The position numbers were made by a program, and so were the translations under genes. A stretch of 64,000 bases of DNA from an uncultured Nitrososphaerota archaeon (lineage in GTDB: Archaea > Thermoproteota > EX4484-205 > JAAOZP01), in contig CAYQCW010000008.1 of the NCBI GenBank assembly GCA_964416155.1, positions 32,077-96,076 of the forward strand, given 5' to 3'. A model generated the notes under the pieces. The model was not told the origin of the DNA and made no database searches. It saw only the letters and a list, made by a program, of their open reading frames with translations. This document shows positions 60,345 to 64,000 of the stretch, piece after piece (the stretch's first letter is position 1; the number at the start of each line of letters is the position of its first letter).

Positions 60345-61274
60345 ATGCTTCAACAGGCCGGAAGACCCGTGGTAAGCCTCAGAATATCAATCACAGAGAA
60401 CTGTAACCTTAATTGCTTCTTCTGCCACATGGAATGGAACCCTCTTTCAAGCGGGAACATGAGTTTAAAAGAGGTTATAAAAATCGTTGAGGTTGCCAGC
60501 AGTCTGGGCGTTGAAAGCGTTAAGATAACGGGTGGAGAACCCTTGTTGAGGGAAGACGCTGTCAACATGGTGAAGGCAGTTTCCCAGCTCGCCAAGCAGG
60601 TTTCGATCGTTACAAACGGTGTCCTCCTGGAGAAATATGCTGCGGATCTTAGGGATGCGGGGCTCACGAGGATTAACGTTAACCTTCCGAGCCTCGATTC
60701 TTCAAAGTATAGTTGGATAACTGGGGGCGGGGATATTTCAAATGTTTTCAACGGGATAAACGCTGCTCTGGAGGCAGGTTTAAACCCGGTTAAGATAAAC
60801 ATGGTTGTTCTGAAAGGGGTTAACGAGGAGGATGTTGGCGAGATGCTGGATTACGCGGGCTCCTTGGGGGCCGTTCTCCAGCTTATAGAGCTTCAGCCGA
60901 TTCCAGGCGGCGAGAAGGTTTTCAAAGAGTTTCACGTTAGCTTAGACGTTATTGAGAAATACATTGCTTCAAAATCAACTGGGAGAACGCTAAACCAGAC
61001 TGGTCAACGCCCTGTTTACAGGCTCCACATAAAAGGGAGGGAGGTTATTGTCGAAATAGTTTCGCCCACTGGGAATCCCGACTTCTGCTCGCGTTGCTCT
61101 AAGCTCAGGGTTACTTGCGGCGGGAAGCTGAAGCCCTGCTTGCTGAGAAACGATAATCTCTTAGACATAGTTGGGTTGATCCGCTCAGGCGGAGGCGATG
61201 ATGCTTTAAAGAGGATGTTTATGGAGGCAATTATGTTGAAAAAACCCTATTGGGAAAAAACTGTTAGTTTTTAA
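60345..61274 (+). CDS. moaA: GTP 3',8-cyclase MoaA
   Basis: LRISITENCNLNCFFC, KITGGEPL, VKINMV, C-terminal FCSRC...LKPCL. Confidence 0.92.
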   Translation: MLQQAGRPVVSLRISITENCNLNCFFCHMEWNPLSSGNMSLKEVIKIVEVASSLGVESVKITGGEPLLREDAVNMVKAVSQLAKQVSIVTNGVLLEKYAADLRDAGLTRINVNLPSLDSSKYSWITGGGDISNVFNGINAALEAGLNPVKINMVVLKGVNEEDVGEMLDYAGSLGAVLQLIELQPIPGGEKVFKEFHVSLDVIEKYIASKSTGRTLNQTGQRPVYRLHIKGREVIVEIVSPTGNPDFCSRCSKLRVTCGGKLKPCLLRNDNLLDIVGLIRSGGGDDALKRMFMEAIMLKKPYWEKTVSF

Positions 61275-62404
61275 GAAATAGGTTCAAAGGCTATGTTAAG
61301 CCTTCTAGCGTAATCATAGGCTTCCTGCATTTCTCTTCCACTGGGCCTTCTAGCTATATCTGGGTACGCGCTGGGGTTTCTCGCCACTAAGTAATCTGGA
61401 TGATACTGACTCATTATGTTCACGAGAACGCTAGGAGCGTTTTCAGATACCCATTTTAAAACAGGCTTGGTGCAACACTTTAAATGGCCCGGCAGAACCA
61501 AGTGTCTTATTATCATATCGCCGTTCTCGTAAGCAACCCTGTGGTTTCTCGACACCACCTCGAAATATCTTTCAACCCTTGAAAGCCTTCTAGCACAATC
61601 GTCGCTGCCATACTTGAAGTCCGGGAGCCATATGTCTATGACTTCAGCCAGAAGCCTCATAACCTCAGTGCTGCAATACATGTTGCTGTTCCATAGTTGC
61701 GGAATGTTTACATCCAAGTGTTTAAGGGAGGAGAGTATCATGTGGAGATTAGGAGTCGGGTCTCCGCCAACGTAGTTTATGTTTGCAGCATTCTCAGCAC
61801 TAAGTCTCTTGCTTATTAAGGCGAGTGTTCTCGGATTAACCTCGCCACCGTTCTCAGGGTCTGAAGAGATATCCCAGTTCTGACAGTAGACGCAAGGCCC
61901 GAAGTTGCAGCCTGCGAAGAATATTGTCCCGGAGCCTCCCTCACCTATTAACGGCGCCTCCTCCCCGAAGTGGTGGAACCATGTTGAAACCCTGCTTACA
62001 TACCCTACTCTGCAGAACCCTAGTTCTCCCCTCCTCCGGTTCACCCCGCATCGTCTCTCGCAAAACTCGCAGTGCTCGACGAGCCTTTCGGAGAGCACTA
62101 TCTTAACGTCAAGGAAGCTTACTTCCGCAGGAGGCGTCTCACCGGCCCCACCTGTCTTCACAGACTCGTAAGCCTTCCTGAACTCTAAGCTAAGATCTTC
62201 ATGAAGCCTCCAGAGCTCCTCCTCCTTCATGCTCTCTAGATCCTTCAACCTGACTTGAGTCGGGATGCTTTTAGCTATTAGGAATTTGGCTGGCCTAAGG
62301 TTCTTCATAACAGCCCTATACCACGAGAGCCTTTTCTGAACATCCTTATTGTTCCACACTGTTATCGCATCGCTTCTGAGAACCCACATCCGACGCCGTA
62401 TCAT
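61271..62404 (-). CDS. Radical SAM protein, PflX-like
   Basis: CEFCERRCGVNR...C, GSGTIFFAGCNFGPCVYCQNWDIS, LPDFKYG, IRHLVLPGH. Confidence 0.85.
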   Translation of the reverse strand: MIRRRMWVLRSDAITVWNNKDVQKRLSWYRAVMKNLRPAKFLIAKSIPTQVRLKDLESMKEEELWRLHEDLSLEFRKAYESVKTGGAGETPPAEVSFLDVKIVLSERLVEHCEFCERRCGVNRRRGELGFCRVGYVSRVSTWFHHFGEEAPLIGEGGSGTIFFAGCNFGPCVYCQNWDISSDPENGGEVNPRTLALISKRLSAENAANINYVGGDPTPNLHMILSSLKHLDVNIPQLWNSNMYCSTEVMRLLAEVIDIWLPDFKYGSDDCARRLSRVERYFEVVSRNHRVAYENGDMIIRHLVLPGHLKCCTKPVLKWVSENAPSVLVNIMSQYHPDYLVARNPSAYPDIARRPSGREMQEAYDYARRLNIAFEPIS

Positions 62405-62510
62405 AAAGTAGTCTCTCTTTTATAAGACTTTTGCCGTTTAAGATTGTTTCAGCTTAAGTAGCATGCGGGTACAGAAAAGATTAAAGAAAAGCTTGAACTA
62501 GATACTGTTC

Positions 62511-62795
62511 GTGAAAAACTTCAAGATACTGTTGGACGAAATGTACTCCGGTTTAAAGCCGTTTCTTAAAATACTTGGCTGGGATGCTCAGACGGTTGAC
62601 GACGTAGGTTTAAAGGGGGCGGAGGACGAGGCGATAGTCGAACATGCGGCTAGAAACAGCCTCTTAATCGTCACGCAGGACCAGATAATGGCCGACTTGG
62701 CTAGGCTTAAGGGAGTACCCTGCATACTGGTTGGGCTGGTCGAGATAGCGAGAATAGTCGATAAAGCACTTAGAGACATGAGCACAGACGCTTAG
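62511..62795 (+). CDS. DUF5615/Mut7-C PIN-like protein
   Basis: ILLDEM, LGWDA, DEAIVEHA, IVTQD. Confidence 0.75.
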   Translation: MKNFKILLDEMYSGLKPFLKILGWDAQTVDDVGLKGAEDEAIVEHAARNSLLIVTQDQIMADLARLKGVPCILVGLVEIARIVDKALRDMSTDA

Positions 62796-62799
62796 ATTT

Positions 62800-63950
62800 C
62801 CTTAACAATTCTTCACCCCCAACCTGAAACCTTTAGAATATGTTTTAGAACCCTGAGGCTGTGCAGCCACCTGTAGTAAACCAGATAGGCCAGTAATCCT
62901 CCTATTCTGATCAAGTGTTGAAAACCTTTACCCCTCCGTATTTTCACATCGTGCTTCCAGCATGTTGAGAAAACATCCCAGTGGAGCTCCAATAAGCCAT
63001 GCAGGTCGGCATGTTTCTCACTGTTTAAGACGCAATTCTCCTCGAACGTAAAGAGCAGGGGACGAAGAAGACCTTACTGTTCTTCAGCCTGTCGAGTAGC
63101 TCGAGGGTTGCCGTAATATCCTCCTCGTTTTCAGCGGGGAGACCCACTACGAGTGTTACTAAAGGATATATCTGGTTGTCGTTAAGTATTCCAAGGGCTT
63201 GAACCACAATATCTGGCCACTGTTCAGGCGTATACGGCAGTGCCTTCCCCCCGTGTATTTCTCTACCAGTCTGACACTCCCGGTTTCAATGCCTATTTCG
63301 AAAGCCGCATGCCCCTGATTGTTCAAATAAGTCCATTTGGATTTTTCAACAAGCGTTGGCGCTATTTTTTTAACAAGCCTACGATCATAGACTACGGGCG
63401 TAAGAGCCGCGTGCGTCACCTGAATATACCTGGACTCTTTTAACTTTGGCTACTGAGTCAACCAGTTCAAACACTGCGTAGCGCGGCGCGCGCCGTTCGG
63501 CGTGAAACCAGAATCCGTCTTATACAGAAATATGTCGTCCGTCTGAAGAGTTATCATCCTGGTTCCGTTTCAAGCATTTATGTCAACCTCTTTCAATACG
63601 TGTTCTAGTGGAAAAGAGTATTTCTGTCTAAGCGTCGGAGAGCAGAATTGACAACCTCTTCCACATCCCCGCGTGACTTCAACAACACTGAATAGGGATG
63701 CTTTCTTAATGCATAGAACTTTTTCAAGCTCAGGCTTTCTACACACCAGCTGCTTCGGAAGCTCTTCACGTTCAAGGCTTTTCTGAAGAGTTTTACAACA
63801 TCCTCCTCAGCCTCTCCCATCACCACACTATCGTGTTAACCGCGTCTGCAGTCGAAATGAGCGATTTAGCGCCGCCCAAAGTAGTATTGGGTGGAAGCGG
63901 TGCTTGGCAAGTTGTCAAGGCAGGTATTAGAGGAAGCTTGGAATAGATTT
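62800..63950 (-). pseudogene. Degraded B12-binding-type radical SAM gene
   Basis: Fragments VVMGEAE, VEVTRGCGRGCQFCSP, IGIETGS and GLPAENEED in several frames. The upstream GGSGAWQ segment lies on the + strand. Confidence 0.75.
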
Positions 63951-64000
63951 TCTTTCCGCCATCCTGCCTTTTTGAAGAGGTTTCTCTGAGCAATTTCCCG

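Noticed and set aside
1-64000. Many 60-150 aa ORFs antisense to or nested in long genes (e.g. 3463-3861, 5941-6297, 14078-14350, 54478-54873, 60350-60802)
   Set aside because: They shadow well-supported CDSs and show no recognisable motifs.
1-64000. CRISPR arrays, rRNA, tRNA, transposases, integrases
   Set aside because: No spaced direct repeats, cloverleaf or rRNA-like tracts, or DDE/tyrosine-recombinase motifs seen by eye. A tRNAscan/Infernal run would be needed to exclude small RNAs.

Overview
Archaeal-type DNA (BRE/TATA promoters, short or absent leaders, GGTGA/GGAGG Shine-Dalgarno sites, U-rich terminators). A TACK/Thermoproteota heterotroph such as Brockarchaeota or Bathyarchaeia is my inference from gene content only. 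The window is a carbohydrate and aldehyde catabolism region: GH38, GH2, GH4, GH17-like and Asp-box sialidase-like hydrolases, sugar isomerases, aldolases, two tungsten/molybdopterin aldehyde:ferredoxin oxidoreductases with moaD and moaA, larA, five URO-D/MtaA-family genes, several ABC/MFS transporters and many decaying pseudogenes. The main candidate novel system is a three-gene membrane module present twice (12018-20596 and 51589-60145, both minus strand). Each copy encodes a DUF6785/6784-like polytopic protein, a ~1500-aa fusion (PA + degenerate nicastrin-like M28 ectodomain + MacB/FtsX permease + conserved cytoplasmic tail) and an OPT/YSL-like protein. Neither copy has an ATPase or solute-binding protein, and both share the same internal terminator. 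Other highlights are a class I aldolase fused to a 4x[4Fe-4S] domain, paired with a Lys-less pseudo-aldolase in an AOR operon, and a recurrent AGCGCGCGCT-type palindrome at boundaries between gene blocks. No CRISPR, rRNA, tRNA or transposase was recognised.
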